Part shown: positions 37,455 through 52,043 of the stretch, piece after piece
Numbering within the stretch: the stretch's first letter is position 1
Layout of the letters: each line of letters opens with the position of its first letter
Source of the DNA: Chrysomallon squamiferum
Taxonomy: Eukaryota; Animalia; Mollusca
Direction: 5' to 3'
DNA length: 64,000 bases
Assembly (NCBI GenBank): GCA_012295275.1
Contig: CM022672.1
Coordinates: 20,522,001-20,586,000 of the forward strand
Translations under genes and position numbers: made by a program
The notes under the pieces: generated by a model
Told to the model about the DNA's origin: nothing
Seen by the model: the letters and a program-made list of their open reading frames with translations, nothing else
Database searches by the model: none

Positions 37455-38582
37455 TTACTGTCTGGGATCAGAAACAACACCATCACTAATGGCGCGAATT
37501 CTTCCATTTTCCTCAATGTGAGTCGTTTCGCCATCGACAGTGGAACACTTAAAACAAGACTTGAGACGAGTCCTTAGACGCTCCACCATGATGCCGTAGT
37601 AGAATGGATTTATCACGGCATTGCCCATGCACACGGCAACAGAGAAGATAAATACTTGCGACGAAATAATCATCTTTCTCTCGGCCACGATGAAAACCAT
37701 TACAATAAATATAGGAGTGTACATAACGAAGAAGAAGATTAACAGCGAAAACAAAGTCTTTACTATCCTGAAATCTCTCTGGTCTCTTCGCTTCTTGAAA
37801 TCTAGAGTGTTTATCAACACCGGCGTCACCGTCGTCTTCGGAGGCTTGATAATGTTCTGACGAATGTTCCAGAACTTTCTGAAAATGTTGACATAGCTCC
37901 ACGTCAACAGTGAAAAAGGAATCAGAAAGCCGCAGATCAGTAAAATGGAGATGAAAACAATGGAAATTCTGATATTTGGATGCTTCGGCCACACCATAGT
38001 ACATATGGTCACTTGAGATTGCCCAAACTGGACATCTTTGGTGTCAAAGTAAAGGACCATCGGCAGAAAACACAGCAGTGCAGAACCCCAGACGATGCAG
38101 AGAATTAACATGGCTGATCTCTGGGTTAGTCTTTTACCTGATCGGTTAACGATACAGAGGTATCGGTCCACACTGATCAACGTCATGGTCCAGATGCCAA
38201 CGAATCCACAGACGAAGTTTGAGTAAACCATCATACTACATGCCCAGCTTCCAAATATCCACGATCCAGTTATTCTTGTCACGGCAATCAGTGGACACCC
38301 TATAGTGAGGAACATGTCCGCTAAGGTCAAGTTGCAGATGAGACTGTTTGTGACTGAACGAAGACGTCTGTTGCAGATTAACTGTGAGAAAACGACGACG
38401 TTGAAGTACAGCGACAGAACGAACAAGAGACAGAAAATGATCGACTCGATGATTCCATAAGCTGAAGAGGATCTGTTAAACTGAGAGAAAAATGAGAAAA
38501 ATGTCGTATTTCCCCAGCCGTGTTTAGTGTCCCTTCCATAGAAATACGAAGAATTGAAGTTGTCATTTTCCTGGTTCCACAT
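37455..38582 (-). CDS. Class A (rhodopsin-like) GPCR, free fatty acid receptor 4 (GPR120)-like, single coding exon, 375 aa
   Basis: Seven hydrophobic segments; N-terminal N-glycosylation sequons (NSS, NTT, NRS); NLTLAD (TM2); WIFG..AC; SVDRY; ECL2 ICTMVWP; GFLIP; DFRIVKTLF..FFVMYTP; NAVINPFYY. A splice acceptor at about 38595, 12 nt upstream of the ATG, implies a 5'UTR intron. The family assignment is from recalled motif similarity to FFAR4. Confidence 0.9.
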   Translation of the reverse strand: MWNQENDNFNSSYFYGRDTKHGWGNTTFFSFFSQFNRSSSAYGIIESIIFCLLFVLSLYFNVVVFSQLICNRRLRSVTNSLICNLTLADMFLTIGCPLIAVTRITGSWIFGSWACSMMVYSNFVCGFVGIWTMTLISVDRYLCIVNRSGKRLTQRSAMLILCIVWGSALLCFLPMVLYFDTKDVQFGQSQVTICTMVWPKHPNIRISIVFISILLICGFLIPFSLLTWSYVNIFRKFWNIRQNIIKPPKTTVTPVLINTLDFKKRRDQRDFRIVKTLFSLLIFFFVMYTPIFIVMVFIVAERKMIISSQVFIFSVAVCMGNAVINPFYYGIMVERLRTRLKSCFKCSTVDGETTHIEENGRIRAISDGVVSDPRQ

Positions 38583-40643
38583 GTTACTGGCAGTCTGAAA
38601 ATATACAGAGTTATAATATTATGTAACATGTTAAAACTTATTGAAAATATTCTTTGTTATTTAAAAACTCACTGTGTGTCATTTGTTTTTCATTTATTGA
38701 TATATGTCAGCTGTATTTAAAAAAAAAATTCTTAAAAATTAAATTGAATTGATAAAATTAAATTGTCGTTTATCATTACCAAAATGAAAATATTTTATTG
38801 AAATAGCAATAGTAACGACAATACACATTGAGTATTCGATGATGATGATAATGTTGATAACATTGATGATGATGATGATACTAATAATGATAACAACAAA
38901 AGCGACGACAAAATTACTTGCTTTTCGTCACCTACTTTAAACATTTCAAACTAAAAATTCGTGTCTTTGGTTAGCAGGTTAGTAGGTTAAAATAATGCAT
39001 CTTTGCACGCATCCTTAGCAACAAAGTCACGTCGACTTTTAATCAACGCAGTTTACAAACTGTACATGTATGTTAGCCGAACCTAAATCCTGCACCATTT
39101 AATTAAATTACACGAGAACGGATGTAAGACGAGTGACACATCTCATTAATGAACTAAAATAATTTGTTTTCATTTATTAAAGTCGCACTCGTCAAATTTA
39201 CATTACCATGGAAAAGGATATTCAGAAAGGAAATTTGACATCATCATGATATTATTACTGTGGGCGTTCGAGTCTCTGATACAGTGTCGAAGAGTTAGAG
39301 AGAATACTAGTCAAGAACGTCAGATGAGCTGTTATAGTATGTCCAGATCATATACTAGTGTTTGGTGTTTATGACTCTTCGAAACCATTTAGTCTTTGCA
39401 AAAATCAACAGTCACAAAATGACGTAATATAATTAAAGTGTAAGTTGAAACTTGTACTATCTTAAAACAGCCAGGCACCGAATTCAGATGCAGATGTTGT
39501 TGAAGCTTCTAGTGCAAAGAAAGAAAATATTTTACTGGCCTGAATTACAGCGGTGTGTTGGTCTAATTTTCAAGGTTGTTGTTGGTCACAAGATTATGTC
39601 TTGGTGGACGACGTGTGTAAGTGTGCGTGTGTGTGTATTTGTGTTTAAGTATCTACATGTATTTTGTTTTTATATGTGTGAGTGTTTGTATGTATGTATG
39701 TATGTATGTATGTATGTATGTATGTATCAAAATGTATGCGTAGATCCATATATATAGGTCCATATATATAGGTAAGTATCTGTATCTGTGTGTCTGTGTA
39801 TGTGTGGGGGTGGGGTGGGGGTGATTATTCTTAATCAAAAAAAATAATAATAATAAAAAGCAATAATAAAACTTAATGCGTAATATTGCTGTAATTATTA
39901 ATATTGTATTTAACAGAGACATTTAATAAGCATCCGTTAAAATCAATTCATAAAGATAAACATTCATATTTAAGTAAGAAAGATAAAGAAAATTATATTT
40001 TAATTTCATTCTATACTTAAATTCTTTAATACATTGTATTTTATTCACAAATTTAAAATTTTTCTTCTCACTAACAGTGCACATAATTGTTCATATGATA
40101 ATTTTATACACATATTTTATATACCGTTAAATCTTAATTTGCATGTATGTCCGTAAATGTTTAAAGTTTAATATATTTACAAATCATAATTTATTTATTT
40201 GCAATAAACTTATAATTTAAAATATACTTTTTAATATATTTACACATTTTAATATGAATACTGACAAATATAACGTAAAGGTTTACTCGAAAGTTTAAAA
40301 CATTTTAATGACAAATTTGAATAGAGATAAATATTTAAACTATAATTTATTAGGCTTTAATCTAAATGCAAATGTTTATTCAGTAACTTACATTGTATTT
40401 TATTCAAAAACTTAATTTGTTAACTGAAAGATATATGCAATGGCTTAATAACAAAATTAACATTTGTCTAAATAATTTTTTGTATTTTAGTATATTCACA
40501 ACCGCATATAATAATAAAATAATATAGTTACAATAATTTAATACCTTCATTTGCAAATTTTATTATATACTGATATTTTAATAACATATGTAAACACTTA
40601 TATTAATACATTTAATGCTTAATTCTTGCATATTTACAATTGG

Positions 40644-40693
<50 letters not shown>

Positions 40694-40837
40694 ACTATCT
40701 ATACAATAATTTAATACTTACATTTCAATATAATTATTTTCCGAATACTAATTTCCATCAGACGCTTCCATTCTAATCGCTGACAAAACAAACACTAAAT
40801 GGTAATAGAGTAGCATGTTATGATAATTTTTGTGTTG

Positions 40838-40869
<32 letters not shown>

Positions 40870-41630
40870 TAAATTCTTGTCAGTGTTTTATCCTAGTGAT
40901 AACAATACTACCAGTTAATGCCTGAAAATACATCTGTATTTGGTAATCATAGTAACAGCTCGCGGCGATTCGAATCGGTTTTTTAATAAGTACCAGCTGT
41001 GTTCACATTAAACACTTGTCCTTGCCGCAATGAAGACTCCTTAACATCGATTGCTGTGGAACCGGCCAGTAATTTTTGTTTACTTGTCGGCGATAAATTA
41101 GAACTATAAGAATAGCAGGTCAAGGCGGATTTTAATTTATTATCTTTTTAACTATTTCAGTATTGAATTCCTTTCTTTAAGGCTGGATGAGTTTGCTTGA
41201 AATTTGTGTCAATCTCAGTTAAGGAATAAATAAAAACAAAAACAGCAGCAACAGCACGGAAACAACAACACTAACAATAACAACCACAAATAACAACAAC
41301 AATAACAACACAACAATAATAATAAAACAAGTGATGCAAAGTAAACAGTATGAAAATTAATTAGTTTATTATTAAATTAATTATATTGAAAAGTTATGTT
41401 TGTGTAAGTGGCTGATATTATTTTCGATTACAGAAAATTTTGAATGGGAATCATAATTTCTAGATAATTTTCTTTCGAGCATTAAAATATTGATATTCCG
41501 GATGAATATTACAATATAAAACTGTTTATTTATATAGTGGTGAAAATTTTAAAATTATTAACAAAAATATTTTTTGTTTCGTTTTTATTTCTAAATAAAA
41601 ATATAGTAATCGAAATAAAATAAATATCTA

Positions 41631-41726
<96 letters not shown>

Positions 41727-42217
41727 ATAAATAAAAAAACAACATAACAAAACGAAATAAATTGTAACAAACTATCCCAATCTAAAACATCAAATCGGAA
41801 ATGTAAATGTTATATCAGCGAAGTTATAACTTACTAATGCAACATATTATAAAGATATTCTGGTTCATACCTCTACATTAGAATAGCATAACGTTATTTA
41901 TCGAGGAACTGTTTAAACAAAACTAACCAAATTATGTTTGCCGTGGCAATCAACGGTAGTAATTTTAATTGGCGTGTGGCACCCATATCCGGAATAGGTC
42001 AAGAGGCTTTTAGCAGTGAAAAAGATTACGATATCAGCACATGCACAATTAGTGAAACCCGACACGGGATATTTAGTAAACAAACGTGTCTTAAGAAGTA
42101 GGCTTACTTGTCAAAAGTTTCATCAGCTCTTTGTTGACATTTCCAACGAACTTTTGCGAATTAACAGAATAAATATGGTAATGAATATACTTATTTTTAT
42201 TAAATAATTAATTTTTG

Positions 42218-42254
<37 letters not shown>

Positions 42255-42335
42255 GGTTATGGTATTATTATTACTGCTGTCGCTTCTACTAAACTACGAC
42301 TGATAGTATTACTACTACTTCGGTTTCTGGTCCAT

Positions 42336-42480
<145 letters not shown>

Positions 42481-44261
42481 TGATGAAGATGATGTTTGCT
42501 TATGTTTGTTATGGAGTGTGTGTGTGTGTCTGTTTATGTGCCTGTCAGTTTGTTAATTAAATAGACCATCATTTACATTACTTTGTCTTTATGGCTTTTT
42601 TTTTTTTTTTTTTTTTTTGGCAGTTATAAGACATCGTAGAATATCAAACACATCAATAATATCATAATTATTGTAATTGAATGGTTTTAAACGGCATCGA
42701 TTACCAAGTATCGAACAAAGTGAATGAAAATTTAATAACTGTTTCCCTTCCTCTAACGGTAGAATAAGGTGATACGCAGGATACACTTAACACTTAAGTA
42801 ATTAATCTGATTTTATGTGTGTTGACAAACCCGCGGCCTCGTTATGATGATGAAATCGACTGTTGCGGAAGCTCATACAGTTCTGTTTTAATAGCACCAT
42901 GATTAATAAACGCAATGAAGATTTTATCAAGCAAAATTAGAAATGCTTATAATTTCGTTCGTTTCTTTATTTATTTACTAATGTGTAGGCTTGTATAGTT
43001 AGAGGATTTTTAGTTTGTTTGTTTGTTTGTTAGTTTATTTATTTATTTATTTATTTATTGCCTTATTTGTTTACAATATTTTATTTCGTATTTATCTGCT
43101 TTCATAATAATATATTATATAAAATTATTTATTTACATGATATATCTATTTCTCTCTTACTACCTCTGTTTCTTCTTCTTCTTCTTGTGTTTGTTGCTGC
43201 AGTGGTCATAATTTTGGGGAGGACTAATGAATTAAAATGTTGTTTTTCGAACAATTAAGGCGAGCTTTCCAGGTGTATATTTTGGATATTCTCATTTGAA
43301 TTATTTTAAAAAAAATTTCCCCCCTTTATTTCAGTCTGTATATTTCAACATTGTTTCGATGTTTATGTTTCTGTATGGGTGTATTTTAAACAAATTAGGC
43401 GCTTTTTAAAGTGATGGCAAGTCGCTGGGTTTAAAATAATATATATATATATAAATTTTATTTATTTATTTATTTTTCTGTTCACCATCTTACGAACTCA
43501 AACGAAAATAATGCATATAAAAAAAAAAAAAGATATGACTGTAACGATCTTTATTACACCTGGGCATTTTGTTCCCCATTGTATTATGTCTTTATAAATT
43601 AAATACCACAAATATTGTAAATGCTAATTTTACTATGTAAAAGAAAAGGAATTAACTACTAGTGAATAAAAAGGAGAATATACAGAGTGATTTAGATGAT
43701 TAGATAGATAAGCAGATAGGTTAATAGAAAGATAGAGAAGGTAAAAGACGAATGAAAAGGTCAGATAAACTGGGACGGGAAGAGACAGAGAACGAGGGAG
43801 ACAGGCAGAAAGGTAGGATAAAACGAATGAAAAAACCGATCGGTGGGACGGGGAGTAAGAAGGAAAGATGGAAAAGCAGATAACAAGAGAGAAAACTTGC
43901 TTACCTTCAGAACCCTTTCTCTCTTTAATGATAATATTGTTTTTAAATTTGTTGTCTTTTCTACGTTGTAGTTTTTTTTTATCAGAGGACAAACATCGTT
44001 TCACCTGTTCTATGTCGTCGCGATGTAGAGAATGCACAAAGCAGGTAAAATAGATAAAAACCGATACCAGTTTTGGTTTTGCAATCAATATAGTGAATTA
44101 GTGCTGCGTACAAAACCGACCAAGTGCTCTTTATTCTGAGAGAAATGACAAAGTGCAGGTCACGAAAAGTGAGTTTTTACTTGCAACAAGGAAATTGTTA
44201 AAGATTTCAGTTGCATTACTTTTATTTTTATTTTTTATTTTGTTTTATTTTATTTTGTTTT

Positions 44262-44292
<31 letters not shown>

Positions 44293-44899
44293 TTTTTGGT
44301 TATTTTATTTTTCAATTTTAATTGTATTATACTATATTTTATTTATTGATTTATTCTTTTCAATATTTTTGTTTTGTTGCTTATTTACTTACTTATTATT
44401 TGAAATACCTGAGGAAACTAAATGAGGCAATTATTTGAAATTTAAATTACATTTTTTTTTTTTTTTTTACCAGACCATAATCTTCAACAAAATAAACTGT
44501 GAATTAATGAAAATTATTTAAGGTCTCAGAGTACTGTAATATTCACCACATAAATGCATTCATTATAGTATTTGAATCATGAGTGAGGTAGCAGTGGTTG
44601 GATTGGGAAATAACTTATACGGTTCACCAAGAAGGGTTGATCCTTCTCATCTGACGTAAATGTTTTTTTTTTGAACTCCTGTTGCCTCAAAAGACAATAA
44701 CTTGTTGAACTAACGAACAATTGCAAAAAATCGAAAGAAAAAAACAGTCGGAGAATCAATGAACATTTCATAATGCCTTTTATTTCGTAAAATCTGTTTA
44801 TTAAAAGCATACATATAAAGAACAGACGAAGAAAAATATTGAGAAAAATAACTGTAAACATTTTAAATGCCGGTCTTTATATAAAGCACAGATTACTTG

Positions 44900-44948
<49 letters not shown>

Positions 44949-47222
44949 TTTTATCAACATGATCCAGCATGCAGCCTATTTAACTAAATATTTAATTAAT
45001 TCGGTGACTCCAAACAGTTTAATTTGTATATCATAGAATAATAAAAAAAACCCATTGAATTTCACTTGTCCAAACTGCTGAATACAATTTTTTAAAATAT
45101 CAGATCTATTATTATTATTATTATTATTGAAATTAGAATCGTGTTTATTATTAATATTATTAGACAGTAAACATTTATAGAATCCAGTATTTATATTAGT
45201 ATATACTTATTGTCCAACAGACAGCACTTTCCAGCTAGATTCATGTATGATACTAAAAAAAACCTGCTATTCCTATTTTGTAAAAATATATTAAATTTAA
45301 AAAAAACATATTGCCTAGTTTATGATATTAAAAACTGATGATATTAAAAACATCAACCATATTTCAGTCTATTTTCAGACATTAGAAATTTAGAAAATGA
45401 AAGCATTAAAATGTTTACATTCAAGCTAAATTTTTATACAAAGTACCAAAACTGTATAGCATTTTCAGTGAGAATCAGATTATATGAAGTTTATACATAT
45501 AAAGATTAAAGTTTTAAATAATTTATAATTTGTTAACCTTGTTACTGCTTCAAACAACTCAATCCCCCTCATTTAAAAAAATAAAATCAAAATTAGTACA
45601 ACACAAATTACACATAAAAAATGCAATATACTGTAAAAAGAAGAAGAAAACAAAAAGGATGGAACACCCCCCAACAACATATGTATGAAATAGCTGTTAG
45701 AAAAATAACTTCTAAAACGATTATTGAATATAACATACATTTTGTCTTGCAGATATATAAATGTGCTATTAGAAATAATAAAAATATATCAAATATAAAA
45801 CAACAGGTACATCACAGATTTTTTGTTAATCTTTGTTCCAGACTCTTGGTAGACTGTTTATTTTGCTAAATAATTGTTATAATAATTCAGCAGTACATCT
45901 CTGACATATAATTATTTTACTTTCACAACTTTCTAAACACAAACAATTCCTTATGTGTTTCTGAAGTAATCTGGTTTTCTGTGCACAGTCCAGTTTGCAA
46001 ACATTTATACCATACAAACATTGGTGTTTACACAGGACTCCATCAGTGGCCTTATTATGATCAAGTACAACAGCATAAATCAATCAGTAAATTTATCAAT
46101 CAATCAATAAATTGATAAATAACTAAAGTGAATACATCATTAAGTTTGAACAAAACTGACAAAAATCTTTATAATCATTAGCAACACGAACAGAAGCATA
46201 AGTAAATAAGTAAGTAAATAATTAAATAAATAAAAAAAAAATACTAATAAAATAAAAAAAATAAAAATAAACAAAATACTACTGTTAGAACAGTCTAACT
46301 CATCCCATTATTTTATTTCATTTTATTCTTACTCTTATTATTTTTTGTTTAAATATATTTTTAAAGTGTTTGTGTGAATTTCAAATGTGGGACTATTCAA
46401 TTCTAGAAAATCAGTGATGTACTTAAATACATTTGAGAACAACACAAGCTTTCTGATTTCAACTAGAATACTAATTTTTATTGTAATAAATTATGTACTG
46501 AAGATAATCAAATCTTTTAGAAGATACATGACTATAATAGGTAATTTACTTTAATAATCAAATGACAATACATGATGAAATCATTTATATATCATTGTTC
46601 TATGATCATAAAGTTCTTAAATGATAACATTGCCGAAAGTCATTAGGTTTTTAATTGGGTTTTTTTCTTCTTCTTTCTTTTTTTTTCAGAATAGCCTCTG
46701 ATTAATCTCTTTGTTAACAAACATTTCACAGAACTTTAGATTTAACTTGATTTTGCAGGAATTATCCAATATTTTTTGTATTGGTTTTATGAAAGAATAT
46801 GGAATATGACTTAAAAATTAAATTTTAACACTGTATGCATTTTTATATTTGTTTTGAATGAAATGTCACCTAAAAGCTTGTTTTCCTACATACATTTTTG
46901 GAATTATTTGATTATATGAAGCATATTTAGAAAAAAGATAAAATCCATCTGAATATGTTGACGCATTGGTAATCTTGTCATAGAAATTTGACATCTAAAT
47001 CTTGTTTGATCATAAAAAAAGAAGAAAAAAGATCTATATGTAAAAACAAAAACACTGAGCAAGAACCGATTTACATAAAATGAGTTAATGACACAAAATA
47101 TTATTTAGATCAGTTCAGTATAAAAATATCCAAACATCTTTATAATAATAATACAAAAAATAATAAAATGTTTTATAATCCATACATTTTTTTTCTTAAA
47201 ATAAATAAATAAATAAATAAGC

Positions 47223-47271
<49 letters not shown>

Positions 47272-47531
47272 GTCCACAAACATGTTTTAAATATATCCAG
47301 ATCAACATATAATAATATGACATATGTATATATATATATATAAAATATATACTACAAAAAGTGTTATAAAAACTATCCAGAAAGTGGTGAAAAAATAAAA
47401 AATAAAAAAAAAAAAGGAAACATTTTAAAATAGAATAAAATTTTAGTTTTCTTTCAGTGCTATAAAATTAGTAAAAGTAAACATTGGTTAAGTAGTTGTA
47501 CATAGTTTGAGATTCGCAGACTGTTCTCTGT

Positions 47532-47755
47532 CTACAGCTTCACTTTGATGATGTCTTCATTTTCCACAACGTATGGCACATACTGGATGTTGGGAGAAAC
47601 GTCGTACAGGGCGTTGCTGACAGCAAATGGTGGTGATTTCTGTAATATGAATAAATAAAACACAGTGTTAATTTATTTATTTATTTTATATATAGATTTA
47701 TTTTATTTATAGATACTATTTTTATTTATTTATTTTTTATTTATTTTATTTTTTT

Positions 47756-47788
<33 letters not shown>

Positions 47789-49735
47789 CTTATTTTCTTA
47801 TTTATTTATTTTATTTATTTTTATTTATCAATGTTTCATTTATTTATTTATTTATTTTTATTTATCTATATTTTATTTATTAATTTATTTATTTTTTTTT
47901 AATTTATTTATTTTTTTATTTTTTTATTTATTTGTTTTTATTTATTTATTTATTTATTTAATTTTTTTTTTTTTTTTTTATTTAGAATTTATTTAATTAA
48001 TGTTTTTATTTTTTATTAATTTGTTTTGTTTATTTTTATTTGTTGTTTATTTTAATTAATTTTTTAAAAATTTATTTATTTGTTTATTTATTAATTTTTT
48101 AAATGCTTTTTTAACTAATTAATTTATTTGTTAATTTATTATTTTAAAAATTTGTTTTTAAATTATTTATGTATTAATTATTTGTCAGTTATTTTAATTT
48201 ATTTTGTATTTTAATTAATTAATTAATTTATTTTACTGTTTATTTTGTTTCTAATTTATTTTATTAATTTATTTTTAATTTTATTTTTTATTTTTTTTTT
48301 ATTTATTTACATAAATGCGTTTTTTTTAATTAATTTATTTAAATATTATCTGTGTTTATTTTAATTAATTTTGTTTTTAAATTTATTTATTTATGTGTTT
48401 ATTTTAATTAATTTTGTTTTTAAATTTATTTATTTATTTGTTTATTTATTATTTTTTTTAAATGCATTTTTTAAATAAATTTTAAATTAATAGTAAAATA
48501 GAAAATGTACCAAAAAATCTGATAATTGATGGCTAATCATAAAGCTTTATGCTCTAGGAGCAGACACATTTTAAACACTAGACTAATCTAACAGCTGGTA
48601 TTTTACTGGAAGGAAACCAGTGTATGGTGACGTTCTGGAAAAGAAAGATATCATTTATACTTGTTGCAATCCTTGTAAAAAACAGTGGGTTTGCTCGGGG
48701 CTGGGAGGCTGGATAAGTGAATTGAACTTTGAACAGATTGACAATGTCTACTATAATGATTTTTCGAAGAGATGGAAAATAATGCCACTGCTATAACAAT
48801 GTCAGTCTTCTGGTTGTTTCTGGGAGAAATACATATTTAAAGGCTCAGCCATTGTAAGACATTCAAGATTTTCAGTTACTTTATAAAGGAATTTATATCT
48901 GGTGTCAGATTAATGTTTTTACCTTTTGTTCAGTCTCATACAGGTTTTCTTGTGAATTCTTGGGCTGACTTCGTCGACAGCAGCACACCTGTGAATATTC
49001 AAAACATTCATTTACAACGCTTTAAATAATTATGAAAAATAATGCATGTCCATGTATCACTGTATGTGTTTGAGTCATTTATGTGTGAATGAGTGTGTAT
49101 ATATTTGTTACTCTCACCAACCGTTGCTAACAATAATGCATAATAACCAGGTGTGCACATTAAAGACAAATTGATGCTTCTTTCTTTTCACGTTTGTAAT
49201 TTTCAGTTATCAAAAAATGTATAATTTTCATAATGTTGTTCTTCATTATATATTTGGTTTTAGTGTCTGTACACGTTTGTGCATGTCTCAGCATGTATTT
49301 GCACATGTGTCTCTATGTCACTGTGTGTATGTGTGGTCCATGTTAATGTATCAGTATGTATGCTTGAGTTTGCATATTAGTCCAGTGTACATTTGAGGGT
49401 TTCTTTGCATCTATATAATGTTAATCTGACCAGTGGAGACATCATAACAGATAATTTATTTATTTGTTTAACAACATGAAATCTGATTATTCTTATAATA
49501 AACTTACATAGGCAATTCCAAAAATGATGAGAAAACCAGCAAACGAGCCCACAGTGGCCAGTATAATAACAACTGTTAGGCTGAGACCTGCATCCTCAAA
49601 GTCTTCTTCTTCAGGATGTGGTGAAGTCCGCTGAGCTCTGAACTGTGCTGCAACTGAAATCTCTTCTTTGTCTGCAGTCCATTCCTCTCCATCCCAGTGC
49701 AGAACAAGTTCTTCATTCTTTACCTAACAGTTCCC

Positions 49736-49771
<36 letters not shown>

Positions 49772-49777
49772 GTAATG

Positions 49778-49811
<34 letters not shown>

Positions 49812-50527
49812 ATGCAATAATAACAATAATGATAATAACTACTACAACAACAACAACAATAATAATAATACATATATAAATAGTTGGATGGATGGATACA
49901 AGTGCATAATATATGCTCCCCTGTATCTTCTTCCATACCTTGCTCTCTCTGTCTATCTCCTCTCACTTGTTATCTTTCTCTGTATTCTCTGACTTTTTCT
50001 CTGCCTTCCTCCTCTTACTTATTTCTATATTCTGATTATATCACAATAAGGACAATTTCAAAAACAGAAACCACTTCATTATTAAATATTAATGCAAATA
50101 AAAAAAAAAATTAACTAAAAATGATAACTACAAAATGAACTTGTTTTATATATTAATGAATATAATTTGAAATAAAAGTAAATGAAAACCAGAGTACTCA
50201 ATTCTACAGTATTCCATCACCAACCTTCTGAATGATGAAATCTGATACAACTGCAATATCTACTGGCTGGTTATAAGCAGGAACAAATGTTATAACACAG
50301 ATAATGCTTCCCTCCTTGAACTGAAAAATAAACAACAGAAAGTCACTGCAGAATCATCTCAAAAATGAACTCCTTAGTGAATTGTTCATTAGAATTAGTT
50401 CAGGGCATAGTCTATAAAACTTTACAATTTCACAGCATTCAAGTCATTTTTTCAGATATTGTCAGGACAAGCTTGATGCTCTCTCTCACTTCCTCTCTCC
50501 CATATCACTGTCACTCCCTCCCTCCCC

Positions 50528-50603
<76 letters not shown>

Positions 50604-51139
50604 CTCTGGCTCTGGCTCTGGCTCTAACATTATTCTCCAGGTGCAGTTCCTGTTTTCTGTTGTCACTGGGTATATCTGTAAGGACAACTCTGAGACGACC
50701 ATTGTCCCAGTTAAAGTCTTTAAATGTGATAATGAAGAATGCATGAGAACATTTGTGAAAGACTAATTCAGTTTAAACTACAGTTTTTAATTGTTACAAT
50801 TTCTCAATTTTATATCAAAGTTCTTTTAACTGAAAGTGCAATGGATTTTAAGAAGAACCAATATTAGATTCAGCATAATGCAGTGAAGTTCTTTGAAAGT
50901 GCAGTGGATTTTAAGAAAAAATGATATTAGATCCAGCATAACGCATTGAAGTCTGAGAAACCTTTTAAATGCTATATACATTGACAATGACACATGAGAT
51001 GGATGAAACTGTTTGTATATATATATATTTTTTTTGTAATCTTTATGTAACAACAACAAGTGTAGAATAAAACACTTACAACAATAGAGTCCAACATTTT
51101 ATCCAGTGAAAACTTTTCTAAAGCTTTTCTCACTTCTCT

Positions 51140-51181
<42 letters not shown>

Positions 51182-51950
51182 GTATATACAACAACACAAA
51201 AAATAATAATAGTTATAACAGTAATAAAAATAACTATAATAATAATTATAATAGTAATAGAAATTAAAATAATATTTAATAACAGTAGTAGTAATAATAA
51301 TATTACACAATATTTTGTAATAGTAATGATAATAATAATAAGAACAGTAAAACAATAGTGATGACAATCATGATGATCATAATAATCGCTCTTCAAATTT
51401 ATAATTTTCTAAACACCATTAACAAAATGTTTATTATAAACATATTTTTAAAAATTTCTTAAAAATATATTAGTTAACTACAAACATTATTATATATTGA
51501 ATATTTCATACTCTTCAAACTCGTCATATCTTCCTTCAATTCTGCTGAATGGTTGGTTGAATTTTATTTTAGCAGTCACTGACACTGTATCATTATTAGC
51601 TGGAAAAAAAGTGTATCACAGGTACATTAATTTCTGTATTACACATACACTTACATTATTTATATCTTTTGACTTAATATTTTGTTGTTAAACCTTTGTT
51701 TTTTGTATGATTTACACTTACAAAACTTTCACAATAATTAAATGCAAACCTGGTCTCCATACTTAAAAATATTTCAAATTTGAAACACCATAAAATAAAA
51801 GTTTATCAATTTTAGTCTGTTTGCATTTTTTTTTTTTTTTGCCTAATCTTACTTTCCTGATCTCTCTCTCTCTCTCTTCCTTTCTATATCTTTTTCTCTC
51901 TTGTGTTCCCTCTCTTCTTGCTGTATTCATATACAGACACAATGGTAGAT

Positions 51951-52043
<93 letters not shown>

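Noticed and set aside
37549-38004. Overlapping alternate-frame and antisense ORFs within the GPCR
   Set aside because: Expected shadow ORFs of a GC-richer coding sequence.
43633-44088. 151-aa minus-strand ORF
   Set aside because: Low complexity, non-ATG start, no domain, and it runs through a probable splice donor.
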